Assembly: GCA_964465535.1 (NCBI GenBank)
Contig: CAYXID010000001.1
Span: forward strand, 276-64,275
DNA length: 64,000 nt
From: an uncultured Ruminococcus sp.
Lineage (GTDB): Bacteria; Bacillota; Clostridia; Oscillospirales; Acutalibacteraceae
Direction of reading: 5' to 3'
The notes beneath the pieces were generated by a model. It did not search any database. It was not told the origin of the DNA and saw nothing but the letters and a program-made list of their open reading frames with translations. How positions within the stretch are numbered: the first letter of the stretch is position 1; every line of letters starts with the position of its first letter. The position numbers and the translations under genes are program-made. Positions 9,196 to 20,399 of this stretch are shown here, piece after piece.

Positions 9196-10071
9196 ATGGA
9201 TAAAAAATATCACATTAGTTATGATTATTTTATAGTGCCGAATTTGTTCGATAAAATATATCTGTTTCAGCTCGGGCGGCTTTACTGTAAGCCTGGCGCA
9301 ATTATCCCCGAGCACCCCCATACCCAATGGTTTGAATTAACCATTGTTACCGAAGGCAAAGGTCAAATTTTTACAGACGGAAATCCGATGGATGTGAGCA
9401 AGGGAGACATCTATATTTCATTCCCCGACGATTATCACAAAATTGTTTCGTCGGATACTGAACCCTTAAAATACGATTTCTTTTCCTTCAAATGCGAAGA
9501 CGAAGCACTCAAAGAGGCTTTGCAACAGCTTGTTTTAGAAAGAAAAAGCTTTGATATGCGTATAATCAAAAGCCCCGAAATTTCATATTTTGTTTCTTCT
9601 GCCATTGCTGAATTTTACGGAGACGCTGAGTACCGCGAGAGAATGCTTTGCTTACTTTTTGAAGAGATAGTACTTTCTCTGCTTCGAAAATGCAAGCAAA
9701 GTAAAGACGGGGATAAAAAAGACTTTAAAAATTCAGTTTTAACAACCGAGGAACTCTGCTATCAGATAATGCGTTTTATCGATACAAGGCTCTACTCCAT
9801 TAAAACCCTCTCCGATTTGTCCAAGGAAACGGGATATCAATATGCATATTTGTCGCATATTTTTAAGGAATGTACAGGAAATACGATTTCAGATTACTAC
9901 CAAAACCGACGGCTTACTACGGCAAAGGTGCTAATCGAAGAAGGAAGGATGAATTTCAGCCTAATCGCACAAATGCTTAATTATTCTTCTCTTTACTCCT
10001 TTAGCAGAGCATTTAAAAAAAGATTTGGCGTATCCCCAAAGGAATTTAAGGAAATGACTAAATCTAAATGA
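9196..10071 (+). CDS. AraC family transcriptional regulator (cupin sensor plus HTH)
   Basis: N-terminal cupin-like region (PEHPHTQWFELTIV) and a C-terminal AraC HTH pair (LSHIFKECTGNTISDYYQNRRL...FSRAFKKRFGVSPKEF). Divergent from the oxidoreductase operon. Confidence 0.9.
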   Translation: MDKKYHISYDYFIVPNLFDKIYLFQLGRLYCKPGAIIPEHPHTQWFELTIVTEGKGQIFTDGNPMDVSKGDIYISFPDDYHKIVSSDTEPLKYDFFSFKCEDEALKEALQQLVLERKSFDMRIIKSPEISYFVSSAIAEFYGDAEYRERMLCLLFEEIVLSLLRKCKQSKDGDKKDFKNSVLTTEELCYQIMRFIDTRLYSIKTLSDLSKETGYQYAYLSHIFKECTGNTISDYYQNRRLTTAKVLIEEGRMNFSLIAQMLNYSSLYSFSRAFKKRFGVSPKEFKEMTKSK

Positions 10072-10104
10072 TTTATATCCTTTTTGAAGAAAAAAATAAA
10101 TTAT

Positions 10105-10137
10105 AGCAGATGCAAAAAAGCATCTGCTATTTTATTT
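10105..10137 (+). terminator. Intrinsic terminator after the AraC gene
   Basis: AGCAGATGC (10105-10113) pairs with GCATCTGCT (10120-10128), followed by a T-rich tract. Confidence 0.65.
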
Positions 10138-10222
10138 ACTTATAAAATATTTTGTGGTATAATGTATTTGTAGAAATTTGTTTTGTTGCATTTTAAGGGT
10201 ATTAAAAGGGAAATTAATCTAT

Positions 10223-11491
10223 ATGTCTAATTCAAAATTTAAGATTGCTAAACTTGCTTGCTACACGGCGTATTTTACGATGTCGTCTGTGTTTTGTGTG
10301 CCACCAATTTTGTTTGTAACATTCCGAGAGCTGTTTGGAATTTCTTATACGCTTCTCGGCACGCTCGTATTGGTGAATTTCTTTACGCAGCTTGGTATAG
10401 ACCTTGTCTTTACGGCGTTTTCAAAGCATTTTAATACTAAGATAATTGTCAGGGTTACGCCTCTAATTACGGCTGTAGGACTTTTTATATACGCATTAAT
10501 ACCTACCCTGTTTCCAAATATCGCTTATATTGGATTACTGATTGGTACGGTCATCTTTTCAATTGCATCAGGCTTGTCTGAAGTATTGTTAAGCCCTACG
10601 ATAGCCGCTATTCCGTCGGACAATCCTCAAAGGGATATGAGTTTGCTTCATTCTCTCTACGCCTTCGGCACCTTTACGATAATTGTTATCAGTACGCTAT
10701 TTTTAAAGCTTTTCGGTGCAAACAATTGGATGTATCTCATTATGTTTTTAGCTTGTCTACCCATCATTTCTGCCGTAATGTTTATGCTCTCCCCGATGCC
10801 TGATATGAACAGTGATACATCGGGCGCTGTATCGGCAGACAGTACAAAACGACGCACTATCGGGCTTGCGCTCTGTGTAGCTTGCATTTTCTTTGGAAGC
10901 TGTGCTGAAAACACTATGGCCAACTGGATATCTACATATATGAAAAACGCATTAGGGGTAAGTAAGGTTGTAGGAGATATTCTCGGGGTTGCGATGTTTG
11001 CAATTCTCCTCGGAATTGCCCGTATTACTTACGCTAAATTCGGCAAAAACATCTGTCGCACTCTGCTTATCAGTATGATTGGTGCCGTCGTTTGCTATCT
11101 TGCTGCCGGACTTTCCTCAAATATCATCGTAGCATTCATTGCCTGTATTATGACAGGATTTTGCACTTCTATGCTATGGCCCGGAGCACTCATTATGATG
11201 GAAGAAAAGATACCGAATGCGGGAGTTGCGGCATTTGCCTTAATGGCGGCAGGCGGAGACCTAGGGGCTGCAATATCTCCGCAGCTTTTGGGTATTATCG
11301 TTGACAATGTATCGGTAACTAATTTTGCCCTAAATCTCGGGCATACGCTGAATATTTCTTCCGAACAGGTGGGACTAAAAATCGGTATGCTTGTCATTTC
11401 ACTCTTTCCAATAATCGGTACCATAATTGTTCTAGTGATTATACGGCATTTCAAGAAAAATGCAATGGATACTATGCAATTCAATACGTAG
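10223..11491 (+). CDS. MFS transporter
   Basis: Start at MSNSKFKIAKL (ATG 10223). About 12 predicted hydrophobic helices over 422 aa, with MFS-like loop spacing. Confidence 0.8.
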   Translation: MSNSKFKIAKLACYTAYFTMSSVFCVPPILFVTFRELFGISYTLLGTLVLVNFFTQLGIDLVFTAFSKHFNTKIIVRVTPLITAVGLFIYALIPTLFPNIAYIGLLIGTVIFSIASGLSEVLLSPTIAAIPSDNPQRDMSLLHSLYAFGTFTIIVISTLFLKLFGANNWMYLIMFLACLPIISAVMFMLSPMPDMNSDTSGAVSADSTKRRTIGLALCVACIFFGSCAENTMANWISTYMKNALGVSKVVGDILGVAMFAILLGIARITYAKFGKNICRTLLISMIGAVVCYLAAGLSSNIIVAFIACIMTGFCTSMLWPGALIMMEEKIPNAGVAAFALMAAGGDLGAAISPQLLGIIVDNVSVTNFALNLGHTLNISSEQVGLKIGMLVISLFPIIGTIIVLVIIRHFKKNAMDTMQFNT

Positions 11492-11563
11492 CTTCACCAA
11501 AGCCTGATGTAACCCTAATTTGTGTAAAAAATATTAATATCAATCCTGATTGGAGTGTCTTAT

Positions 11564-12826
11564 ATGTACATGGAAGAAATTAAAAGGTCATTTGAAAACT
11601 GTAAATGTCAGAAAGAGCATAATTGCCCCATAGATGCTGTTGTAATCGGTGAAGATGCTTTGAGCCATCTCAAACAAATGTGCGAAGACTATAGTTCTAT
11701 ATTGTTGGTTTCCGATAATAACACCTATGAAGTTTGCGGCAAAGATGTTTCTGCTTTGCTCGGAACAAAATTGGAGAATAGCCTAATTTTTAACACCGGT
11801 AAAAAAGTTCTAATTCCTGATGAAAAAGCAATAGAATTTGTTGAAAATAAGATAACACGACAAACCGATTTAATTATTGGTGTCGGCTCCGGTGTCATTA
11901 ACGACTTGTGTAAATATGTAAGCTTTTTTCATAAAATGCCATATTATATAGTTGCCACTGCGCCTTCAATGGACGGCTATGCCTCTATTGGTGCTGCGAT
12001 GATACTTAGCGGTATGAAGGTGACTGTAAACGCTAGACCGCCCAAGGCCATTTTTGCAGATTCTAATGTTTTAAGAAATGCACCAATAGATATGCTGAAA
12101 GCCGGATATGGCGATATCATAGGAAAATTTTCTTGCCTTAACGATTGGAAATTAAGCGCACTTGTGAATAATGAGTATTTTTGTGAAAATATTTATAATT
12201 GCACTTTAAAATGTGCTATGGATATAAAAGATAAGGCTAAAAACATTTTAGCAAGGGAAGAAAGTGCCATTTCTAAACTAATGGAAGCGTTAGTTACGGT
12301 TGGAATATTAATGAGTTTTGCGGGTTCTTCAAGACCTGCCTCAGGAAGTGAACATCACCTATCACATTTCTTTGAAATAACAGGTATTTTAGATAATGAA
12401 GAATACTTTGCCCACGGTATAGACGTTTTATATTCGACATATTATACTCAAAAAATCAGAGAAGAGCTTTTAAAATTAAAGGCACCTTCACAAAACAAAA
12501 CGATTTCTATGATAGATGTTGAGAATAAAATTAAAAATGTTTATTCAACTATTGCAGATGAGGTTATTGCTTTGCAAAACAAGTTAGGTTGGTACAATAA
12601 CAATAAATTTGACGTTTACCTAAGGAAGTGGAACGAGATACAATCAATACTCGCTGAAGCGCCGTCTTCTTCGGAAATAAAGAGTTATATCGAATCAATT
12701 GGTTTGTGTTTAGAAGATTTTATCTCTTTGTATGGCGAAGAAAAGATTACTAATGCTCTTTGGTTTGCCAAAGATTTAAAGGATAGATATTCTGTTCTAT
12801 GGCTCAATTTTGAATTGAACTACTAA
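11564..12826 (+). CDS. sn-glycerol-1-phosphate dehydrogenase-like (AraM/EgsA type, iron-containing alcohol dehydrogenase superfamily)
   Basis: GVGSGVINDLCKY nucleotide loop, PSMDGYAS and SGSEHHLSHF metal-binding motifs. ATG 11564 lies 8 nt after GGAG. GTG 11555 and ATG 11570 are alternative starts. Confidence 0.7.
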   Translation: MYMEEIKRSFENCKCQKEHNCPIDAVVIGEDALSHLKQMCEDYSSILLVSDNNTYEVCGKDVSALLGTKLENSLIFNTGKKVLIPDEKAIEFVENKITRQTDLIIGVGSGVINDLCKYVSFFHKMPYYIVATAPSMDGYASIGAAMILSGMKVTVNARPPKAIFADSNVLRNAPIDMLKAGYGDIIGKFSCLNDWKLSALVNNEYFCENIYNCTLKCAMDIKDKAKNILAREESAISKLMEALVTVGILMSFAGSSRPASGSEHHLSHFFEITGILDNEEYFAHGIDVLYSTYYTQKIREELLKLKAPSQNKTISMIDVENKIKNVYSTIADEVIALQNKLGWYNNNKFDVYLRKWNEIQSILAEAPSSSEIKSYIESIGLCLEDFISLYGEEKITNALWFAKDLKDRYSVLWLNFELNY

Positions 12827-12859
12827 CTGCACAAAAGATATAAGAAAAGGAGTGAGAAT

Positions 12860-14821
12860 ATGGCGGACAAGTTTATTTTAAAAAGCGCTTACAAGCCGAC
12901 AGGTGACCAACCCGAAGCTATTGACGCTTTGGTTAAAAGTATCGAGAGTGGCAACCGAGAGCAGACTTTGCTCGGCGTTACAGGTTCAGGCAAAACCTTT
13001 ACAATGGCTAATATTATCGAGCGTGTAAACCGCCCGACCCTTGTTCTCGCTCACAATAAAACCCTTGCCGCACAGTTATGCTCTGAATTTAAAGAATTCT
13101 TCCCCGAAAATGCGGTGGAATATTTTGTATCCTACTACGACTACTATCAACCCGAGGCATACATTCCCGGAACTGACACCTATATCGAAAAGGATTCTGC
13201 AATTAATGACGAAATTGACAAGCTTCGACACAGTGCAACCTGTGCTTTAAGTGAGCGACGGGATGTTATTATTGTAGCGTCGGTTTCTTGCATATATTCG
13301 CTCGGTAACCCTATTGATTACAGAAATATGGTTATTTCCCTTAGAGTTGGTATGGAAAAAGGCAGAGATGAGCTCATACGCAAACTTGTAGACCTACAGT
13401 ACGAGAGAAACGACATAAACTTTGTACGAAACAAGTTTAGAGTAAGAGGCGATACGGTAGAGGTATACCCCGCTTACTCTTACGAAAATGCCCTCAGAAT
13501 TGAATTTTTCGGTGACGAAATAGACAGAATATGCGAAATCAACACCCTGACGGGTGAGGTTAAGTCTATGCTTTCCCACACCGCCATTTACCCCGCTTCC
13601 CACTATATTGTACCTCAGGACAAGCTTGAAGAAGCCCTTGCCGAAATTAAAGAGGAAATGGAAGAGCGGGTAGAATTCTTTATAGAAAATGAAAAGCTTA
13701 TCGAGGCTCAGAGAATTCGTCAGCGCACAGAATACGATATAGAAATGCTGCGAGAAATCGGCACCTGTAAGGGAATTGAAAACTATTCTCGCGTTATGGC
13801 ACGAAGACCCAAAGGCAGCACCCCCTCAACCCTGCTTGATTACTTCCCCGACGATTTTTTACTTTTTGTAGACGAGTCTCACGTAACTCTGCCGCAGGTT
13901 CGCGGTATGTACGGCGGAGACAGAGCGCGAAAGGAAAATCTTGTAGAATACGGCTTCAGGCTACCCTCTGCCTTTGATAACAGACCGCTTAATTTCGAGG
14001 AATTTTACAGTCACATAAATCAGGCGGTATTTGTATCGGCAACCCCCGGTGAGTTTGAAAAGGAACACTCTGCACAGATTGTAGAGCAGGTAATAAGACC
14101 TACAGGTCTTTTAGACCCGTTAGTAACTGTTCGTCCCTCTGACGGACAGATTGACGACCTTGTTTCCGAGATAAGTATCCGCACCGCAAAAAAAGAGTGT
14201 GTGCTTATAACCACCCTCACCAAGAAAATGGCAGAGGATTTAACCGATTATCTTGATAACCTTGGTATAAAGGTTAAGTATATGCACCACGACATTGACA
14301 CCATCAAGCGTATGGAAATCATAAGAGATTTGCGTCTTGGCGAATTTGATGTTTTGGTAGGAATAAACCTGCTAAGAGAAGGTCTTGATATACCCGAAGT
14401 ATCCTTGGTTGCAATACTCGACGCCGATAAGGAAGGCTTCCTTAGAAGTGAAACCTCGCTTATTCAGACAATCGGCAGAGCCGCGCGTAACGCAAACGGC
14501 GAGGTTATTATGTATGCCGACAGCGTAACTCCCTCAATGGAAAGAGCGCTCTTTGAAACCGAGCGCCGCCGAAAAATCCAAAACGACTATAACGAAAAAT
14601 TCGGCATTGTACCGAAAACAATCCTTAAGGATGTAAGGGATATAATAGAAATAGGCACAAAGGCGGTAAGTGAAAAGTCTTATTCTAAGATGTCTAAGAT
14701 AGAAAAAGAGGCGGAAATTAAGCGCCTTACCTATGAAATGAAGCAGGCGGCAAAGATGCTCGAATTTGAGCTTGCCGCAACACTTAGAGATAAAATCACA
14801 AAGCTTCGAGAAAGCAAATAA
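12860..14821 (+). CDS. uvrB: Excinuclease ABC subunit B
   Basis: Walker [13 protein letters not shown] box (FVDESHVT), C-terminal UVR domain ([12 protein letters not shown]). Confidence 0.97.
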   Translation: MADKFILKSAYKPTGDQPEAIDALVKSIESGNREQTLLGVTGSGKTFTMANIIERVNRPTLVLAHNKTLAAQLCSEFKEFFPENAVEYFVSYYDYYQPEAYIPGTDTYIEKDSAINDEIDKLRHSATCALSERRDVIIVASVSCIYSLGNPIDYRNMVISLRVGMEKGRDELIRKLVDLQYERNDINFVRNKFRVRGDTVEVYPAYSYENALRIEFFGDEIDRICEINTLTGEVKSMLSHTAIYPASHYIVPQDKLEEALAEIKEEMEERVEFFIENEKLIEAQRIRQRTEYDIEMLREIGTCKGIENYSRVMARRPKGSTPSTLLDYFPDDFLLFVDESHVTLPQVRGMYGGDRARKENLVEYGFRLPSAFDNRPLNFEEFYSHINQAVFVSATPGEFEKEHSAQIVEQVIRPTGLLDPLVTVRPSDGQIDDLVSEISIRTAKKECVLITTLTKKMAEDLTDYLDNLGIKVKYMHHDIDTIKRMEIIRDLRLGEFDVLVGINLLREGLDIPEVSLVAILDADKEGFLRSETSLIQTIGRAARNANGEVIMYADSVTPSMERALFETERRRKIQNDYNEKFGIVPKTILKDVRDIIEIGTKAVSEKSYSKMSKIEKEAEIKRLTYEMKQAAKMLEFELAATLRDKITKLRESK

Positions 14822-14833
14822 AATCCTTTAAAA

Positions 14834-17686
14834 ATGGAGGAAACCCACTTGGCAAGTGATAAAATTATTATTAAAGGTGCGTGTGAGCACAACCTGAAAA
14901 ATGTTGATTTAACTATTCCTAGGGATAAGCTTGTTGTATTTACGGGACTTTCGGGAAGCGGAAAATCCTCTTTAGCGTTTGATACTATCTACGCTGAGGG
15001 TCAGCGCCGCTATGTTGAGTCCCTGTCGAGCTATGCCCGTCAGTTTTTAGGTCAGATGGAAAAACCTAATGTTGAAAGCATCGAGGGATTATCCCCTGCC
15101 ATCTCAATCGACCAGAAAACCACCTCTAAAAACCCCCGTTCAACTGTCGGTACGGTTACCGAGATATACGATTATCTTCGTCTTTTGTATGCGAGGGTGG
15201 GAACACCACACTGCCCTGTCTGCGGCAAGGAAATAAAGCAGCAAACCACCGACCAGATTGTCGATACCGTTTTAAAGCTTCCCGAGGGCAGTAAAATTCA
15301 AATTTTGTCCCCCATTGTAAAGGGTAGAAAGGGCGAACACACAAAAGAACTCGAGGGTGCTAGAAAATCGGGCTACGTAAGGGTTCGAATTGACGGCAAT
15401 ATCTACGACCTTTCGGAAGAGATTAAGCTCGAAAAAAACAAAAAGCATTTTATTGAGGTTGTAGTTGACCGTCTTGTAATAAAGGACGGTATCAGAAGCC
15501 GCCTTAATGACAGTATTGAAACCGCCGTCGGTTTATCGGGCGGTCTTATTGCCGTTAGCGTTGCAGACGGCGAGGAACTGCAATTTTCTCAAACCTATGC
15601 CTGTGATGAGCACGGCATCAGCATACCCGAGCTCACCCCCACAATGTTTTCCTTTAATAACCCCTTTGGTGCCTGCCCTGTTTGTACGGGACTCGGTATG
15701 TTTATGAAGGTTGACCCTCGCCTTATTGTGCACGATGAAGAAAAATCACTTCTTGACGGTGCCATAAAAGCTTCGGGATGGGGTGTTAATTCTTGGTTTA
15801 ATCCTGATGCCAGCACCATAGCTACTATGTACTATAATGCCATTGCCGACCGCTTCGGCTTTGATATTAATATTCCCTTTAAAGACATCCCTGAAGACGC
15901 AAAACAAATGTTATTTTACGGTTCGGGTGAAGAAAAACTAAAGCTTGTATACAACGAAGATTTCGGCGGTAAGGTTCACTATGCCGCTTTCGAGGGAATT
16001 ATAAACAACCTTGAGCGCCGTTACAAAACAACTAGTAGCGAATATTCGAGAAATGAAATTGAGGCTCTTATGACCGAGAGCGCCTGCCCCGAATGTAAGG
16101 GCAACCGCTTAAAGCCCGAATATTTAGCCGTTACAATAGGCGGCAAAAATATAATGGAATTCTGCGATATGTCGGTAAGCCGTGAGCTTGAATTTATAGA
16201 CACACTCGTCTTTTCCGAGCGCGACACTATGATTGCAAAGCCGATACTAAAAGAAATAAGAGAGCGTTTGTCATTTTTAAAGAGCGTTGGTCTTGATTAC
16301 CTTTCCCTCTCCCGTTCTTCAGGAACGCTATCAGGCGGAGAAAGTCAGCGAATTCGCCTTGCAACCCAAATAGGCTCTTCCCTTATGGGTGTGCTCTATA
16401 TCCTTGACGAGCCAAGTATAGGTCTTCACCAAAGGGATAACGAGCGTCTGCTTGCAACCCTTAAAAAGCTGCGTGATTTAGGTAATACCCTTATTGTTGT
16501 TGAGCACGACGAGGACACTATGCGCGCGGCAGACTATATAGTCGATGTGGGTAAAGGCGCGGGTATACACGGCGGAAACATTGTATTTTCAGGAACTTTG
16601 GACGAACTCGAAAAGGCAAAGGACTCTATAACCTCAGACTATCTGTTTGGAAGAAAGGCAATCCCTGTACCGAAAGTAAGAAGAAAAGGTAACGGACAGT
16701 TCCTTACCATTAAGGGTGCCGCCGAAAACAACCTTAAAAACTTAGATATTAAACTTCCTTTAGGTGAGTTTATATGTATTACAGGCGTTTCGGGAAGCGG
16801 TAAATCTTCCTTTGTAAATGATATTTTGTACAAGGTTTTAGCCGCAAAACTAAACCATGCAAAAACTGTACCGAGAAAATATAAGTCGATTGACGGAATA
16901 GAGAATTTAGATAAGGTAATTGATATAAATCAGGCGCCTATCGGCAGAACTCCCCGTTCAAACCCTGCAACCTACACAGGTGTTTTTGCAGATATCAGAG
17001 AGCTTTTTGCCTCTACTAAGGACGCCAAAGCCAAGGGCTACACGGCAGGCAGATTTTCCTTTAATGTAAAGGGCGGCAGATGCGAAGCCTGTCAGGGCGA
17101 CGGTATTTTAAAGATTGAAATGCATTTTCTTCCCGATATTTATGTACCCTGCGAGGTATGTTCGGGTACCCGTTATAACAAGGAAACCCTAAACATTCGA
17201 TACAAGGGCAAAAATATATACGAAGTTCTTGAAATGACGGTTGAAGAGGGTATGAACTTCTTTGAGAGTATCCCTAAAATCTACCGAAAGCTCAAAACCC
17301 TTTATGATGTAGGACTTGGATATATTAAAATCGGTCAACCCGCCACTACCCTTTCGGGCGGTGAGGCTCAGCGTGTGAAGCTTGCAACCGAGCTTTCAAA
17401 ACGCAGTACGGGAAAAACCATATATATTCTAGACGAGCCCACAACGGGACTTCACACCGCCGATGTTCATAAACTGATAGAGGTACTTCACAAGTTTGTA
17501 GACGCAGGCAATACTGTGCTTGTTATTGAGCATAATCTCGATGTTATCAAAACTGCCGACCATATTGTTGATTTAGGTCCCGAAGGCGGAGATAAGGGCG
17601 GAACGCTTGTGGCTGAGGGCACACCTGAAAAGGTTGCCGCCTGCAAAAAATCGTATACAGGTCAATTCCTTAAAAAATTACTTTAA
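14834..17686 (+). CDS. uvrA: Excinuclease ABC subunit A
   Basis: 950 aa. Two ABC modules ([18 protein letters not shown]), LSGGE signatures and zinc-finger Cys pairs. Confidence 0.97.
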   Translation: MEETHLASDKIIIKGACEHNLKNVDLTIPRDKLVVFTGLSGSGKSSLAFDTIYAEGQRRYVESLSSYARQFLGQMEKPNVESIEGLSPAISIDQKTTSKNPRSTVGTVTEIYDYLRLLYARVGTPHCPVCGKEIKQQTTDQIVDTVLKLPEGSKIQILSPIVKGRKGEHTKELEGARKSGYVRVRIDGNIYDLSEEIKLEKNKKHFIEVVVDRLVIKDGIRSRLNDSIETAVGLSGGLIAVSVADGEELQFSQTYACDEHGISIPELTPTMFSFNNPFGACPVCTGLGMFMKVDPRLIVHDEEKSLLDGAIKASGWGVNSWFNPDASTIATMYYNAIADRFGFDINIPFKDIPEDAKQMLFYGSGEEKLKLVYNEDFGGKVHYAAFEGIINNLERRYKTTSSEYSRNEIEALMTESACPECKGNRLKPEYLAVTIGGKNIMEFCDMSVSRELEFIDTLVFSERDTMIAKPILKEIRERLSFLKSVGLDYLSLSRSSGTLSGGESQRIRLATQIGSSLMGVLYILDEPSIGLHQRDNERLLATLKKLRDLGNTLIVVEHDEDTMRAADYIVDVGKGAGIHGGNIVFSGTLDELEKAKDSITSDYLFGRKAIPVPKVRRKGNGQFLTIKGAAENNLKNLDIKLPLGEFICITGVSGSGKSSFVNDILYKVLAAKLNHAKTVPRKYKSIDGIENLDKVIDINQAPIGRTPRSNPATYTGVFADIRELFASTKDAKAKGYTAGRFSFNVKGGRCEACQGDGILKIEMHFLPDIYVPCEVCSGTRYNKETLNIRYKGKNIYEVLEMTVEEGMNFFESIPKIYRKLKTLYDVGLGYIKIGQPATTLSGGEAQRVKLATELSKRSTGKTIYILDEPTTGLHTADVHKLIEVLHKFVDAGNTVLVIEHNLDVIKTADHIVDLGPEGGDKGGTLVAEGTPEKVAACKKSYTGQFLKKLL

Positions 17687-17758
17687 ATTTACACATTATT
17701 CACCAATATGGTCTTTAATAGCGGTATTATGATACAAAGGTACAAGGGGGTTAGTAGT

Positions 17759-18601
17759 ATGTTCGGCTATATAAGAATAGCAAAGCCCGAGCTAAAGGTT
17801 CGGGAATATGAACTCTATAAAGCCGTATACTGCACCCTTTGTAAGCGGCTTGGCAAAAGCTACGGTCTTTTATCAAGGCTAACCCTTAGCTACGATTTTA
17901 CCTTTTTAGCTCTGCTCAAAATGGCTATGACCGACGGCTGCGACAATTTTCATCAGAAACGCTGTGCCTTTAATCCGTTAAAAAAATGCAATTACTGTGA
18001 TAATGATATTGCTACCGAGATGCCCGCAGCGGCGGCTATGATAATGCTTTATTATAAGATTAAAGATAATATTGCTGATGAAAAGGGCTTTAAAAAACTG
18101 TTTTATGTTCTTCTAAAGCCTGTCTTTTCGGGGGCGAGAAAAAAGGCTAAAATGCGATACCCCGAAATTGAGGATATTGTAAAGTGGCTTATGGATAAGC
18201 AGTTTCTTCTCGAAAAAAACGGGTGTAAAAATGTAGACGAAGCTTGTGACCCTACAGCTACTGCCCTATCTGAAATTTTGATGCTTTGCAGTAATGATAC
18301 TAATCAAAAGCGGGTTTTAAGTCGACTTGGCTACTGTCTTGGCAGATATATCTATATGCTTGATGCCGCCTGTGATTTAGAGGAAGATAAAATCAAAAAC
18401 AGATATAATGTGTTAAACCGAAAAGAAATTTCCAATACAAACGAATATATAAAATCTGAAATTTATCCAAAGCTATATTTTTGCATAAATGAGGCTTCAA
18501 AGGCTTTTGAGCTTTTGGATATTAAAAAATATAAGGATATACTCGGCAATATTATTTATTTAGGACTTGAAGATACCTTTAAAAAGGAGTTAAGCAAATG
18601 A
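17759..18601 (+). CDS. Hypothetical Cys-motif protein (resembles the DUF5685 family from memory, unverified)
   Basis: Start at MFGYI (ATG 17759) with [19 protein letters not shown] and [12 protein letters not shown] motifs, and an acidic [16 protein letters not shown] motif. ATGA overlap with the following J-domain gene. Confidence 0.6.
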   Translation: MFGYIRIAKPELKVREYELYKAVYCTLCKRLGKSYGLLSRLTLSYDFTFLALLKMAMTDGCDNFHQKRCAFNPLKKCNYCDNDIATEMPAAAAMIMLYYKIKDNIADEKGFKKLFYVLLKPVFSGARKKAKMRYPEIEDIVKWLMDKQFLLEKNGCKNVDEACDPTATALSEILMLCSNDTNQKRVLSRLGYCLGRYIYMLDAACDLEEDKIKNRYNVLNRKEISNTNEYIKSEIYPKLYFCINEASKAFELLDIKKYKDILGNIIYLGLEDTFKKELSK

Positions 18602-19200
18602 AAAATCCCTATTCCGTATTAGGCGTTCCAAAGAATGCTACCGACGAGGAAATCAAAAACGCCTACCGCGAGCTTGCAAGGAAATACCACCCCGATAATT
18701 ATACAGACAATCCCTTATCGGATTTAGCTTCTGAGAAAATGAAAGAGATTAACGACGCTTATGATGCTATTATGAACGAGCGAAAGGGTCATACAAATAA
18801 GAATAGCGGCTCTTATAATTATTCGTCAGCATCCTCTTTCCCTGAGGTTCGAAGCCTTATAAATCAGGGAAGACTTGAAGAGGCACAAGAGGTTTTGGAC
18901 GGCGTTGCCCCCAATATGCGAGATGCAGAATGGTATTTTCTAAACGGAACTGTTCTTTACCGCAGAGGTTGGTTCGACAGTGCCTTTACAAGCTTTGCAA
19001 CCGCTTGCAGAATGAACCCCAACAATCCCGAATACCAAAATGCATACAGAAACGCTCAAAGGCAGTCGCAAAATCAGTATAACCCATATAGAAGCTACGG
19101 AAATGCAGGCAACTGCAATTCCTGCGACTGCTGTACAAATCTTATTTGTGCAGACTGTTGCTGTGAATGTATGGGTGGCGACCTTATCCCCTGCTGCTAA
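18598..19200 (+). CDS. J-domain protein with a TPR-like middle region and a C-terminal cysteine string
   Basis: J domain with HPD ([31 protein letters not shown]). The last 28 residues, [28 protein letters not shown], contain 11 Cys. Confidence 0.85.
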   Translation: MKNPYSVLGVPKNATDEEIKNAYRELARKYHPDNYTDNPLSDLASEKMKEINDAYDAIMNERKGHTNKNSGSYNYSSASSFPEVRSLINQGRLEEAQEVLDGVAPNMRDAEWYFLNGTVLYRRGWFDSAFTSFATACRMNPNNPEYQNAYRNAQRQSQNQYNPYRSYGNAGNCNSCDCCTNLICADCCCECMGGDLIPCC

Positions 19201-19222
19201 CATTTAGGGTGGAGGTTTTATT

Positions 19223-19753
19223 TTGAAAAACACTTCAAGGTTAACATTCAGTGCCATAATGTCGGCAATAGCGGTAATTTTTGTGGTAGCGGCGTATTTT
19301 CCATATTTGACCTACGCTCTGCCCGCAATTGCAGGTCTTGCCACTATGGCAGTGCTTATCGAAACAGATGCAAAATGGGCTACCCTTACCTATATTTCTT
19401 CAGCTCTTATCTGCTTTTTTGTAGCAGAGAGTGAAGCCAAACTGCTCTATATCTGCTTTTTCGGATATTATCCTATAGCAAAATACTTTATAGAAAAATT
19501 AAAGAACTCGGTATTTGAATGGGTTTTAAAGCTAATCCTTTTCAATGCCGCAGTATTAGCCGCATATTTTCTCTTTGCAGGACTATTCAAAGTATCTGTT
19601 GAGGACTTTGGAATACTCGGCAAATACGGCTCATATATCTTTTTGGGCCTTGCTAATATCGTGTTTGTTTTATATGATATTACAGTTTCAAGAATGGCTG
19701 CAGTTTATATGTTTAAGCTACATTCGAGGATTAAAAAGATATTTAAGGTATAA
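19223..19753 (+). CDS. Integral membrane protein, function unknown
   Basis: TTG start with RBS GGTGGAGG. About 5 hydrophobic helices over 176 aa. Third gene of the apparent operon. Confidence 0.65.
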   Translation: MKNTSRLTFSAIMSAIAVIFVVAAYFPYLTYALPAIAGLATMAVLIETDAKWATLTYISSALICFFVAESEAKLLYICFFGYYPIAKYFIEKLKNSVFEWVLKLILFNAAVLAAYFLFAGLFKVSVEDFGILGKYGSYIFLGLANIVFVLYDITVSRMAAVYMFKLHSRIKKIFKV

Positions 19754-19786
19754 AAAAAGAAGACTGTTATCAGTCTTCTTTTTTAT
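19752..19786. terminator. Bidirectional intrinsic terminator
   Basis: AAAGAAGACTG (19756-19766) pairs with CAGTCTTCTTT (19771-19781), flanked by an A-run and a T-run. The stop codon of the minus-strand HTH gene lies in the loop. Confidence 0.7.
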
Positions 19787-20399
19787 TTTCTAAATCAATA
19801 TTACTTTCAATATATTTCGGGTGTTTTTTTATGCAGAAGCCCAATATTGCCATAACCTGAACTACTGCGGCAACTATGTAAATAAAGGCGTTTTGCGGCA
19901 TGGTAAAGGTTGTAAAAATACAGGTAGGTATCGACCAAATAAGAGCAGATACCGAAATAAACAACCAAATCTTTTTCCACCAAATAGCAGTAAATACTAT
20001 AGCAATTATTGCCGTTACGGGAATTGCGAATATGTAATAATGCCATGCAGGGAAGTTTATATTAAGCAGTTCTGTTATCCAATTTATGATTGTTGTTAAA
20101 AGCCAAGGGGAAACCAATGCCAAAATAGTAATTATCAGTTTATTTCTTGAAATTAAATGACGCCTGAATGGCTTATCTGAAACAAGGTCATTAGGAGTTA
20201 CTTCAAAAATATCGGCAATCTGCATTACTACATACAAATCGGGAATACCCTCTGCCCTCTCCCACTTGGAAACCGACTTATCAGAATAATTGAGTTTTTG
20301 AGCGAGTTCAAGCTGAGTCATGCCTGAAGCTCTGCGAAGCTCGTTTAGTCGGTTTGCGAAGTTTATACGCAACTGTTTTTCGCTGATTATCATTAACAT
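19770..20399 (-). CDS. XRE family HTH regulator fused to a 4-TM membrane domain
   Basis: N-terminal HTH (MTQLELAQKLNYSDKSVSKWERAEGIPD) followed by four hydrophobic segments. Confidence 0.8.
   Translation of the reverse strand: MLMIISEKQLRINFANRLNELRRASGMTQLELAQKLNYSDKSVSKWERAEGIPDLYVVMQIADIFEVTPNDLVSDKPFRRHLISRNKLIITILALVSPWLLTTIINWITELLNINFPAWHYYIFAIPVTAIIAIVFTAIWWKKIWLFISVSALIWSIPTCIFTTFTMPQNAFIYIVAAVVQVMAILGFCIKKHPKYIESNIDLENKKED

Noticed and set aside
12780-12859. Search for a LexA (Cheo) box CGAACnnnnGTTCG upstream of uvrB, and likewise upstream of uvrA and pcrA
   Set aside because: No match was seen. Only a possible TTGAAC-18-TATAAG promoter lies within the end of the preceding gene, so SOS control cannot be supported from this window.
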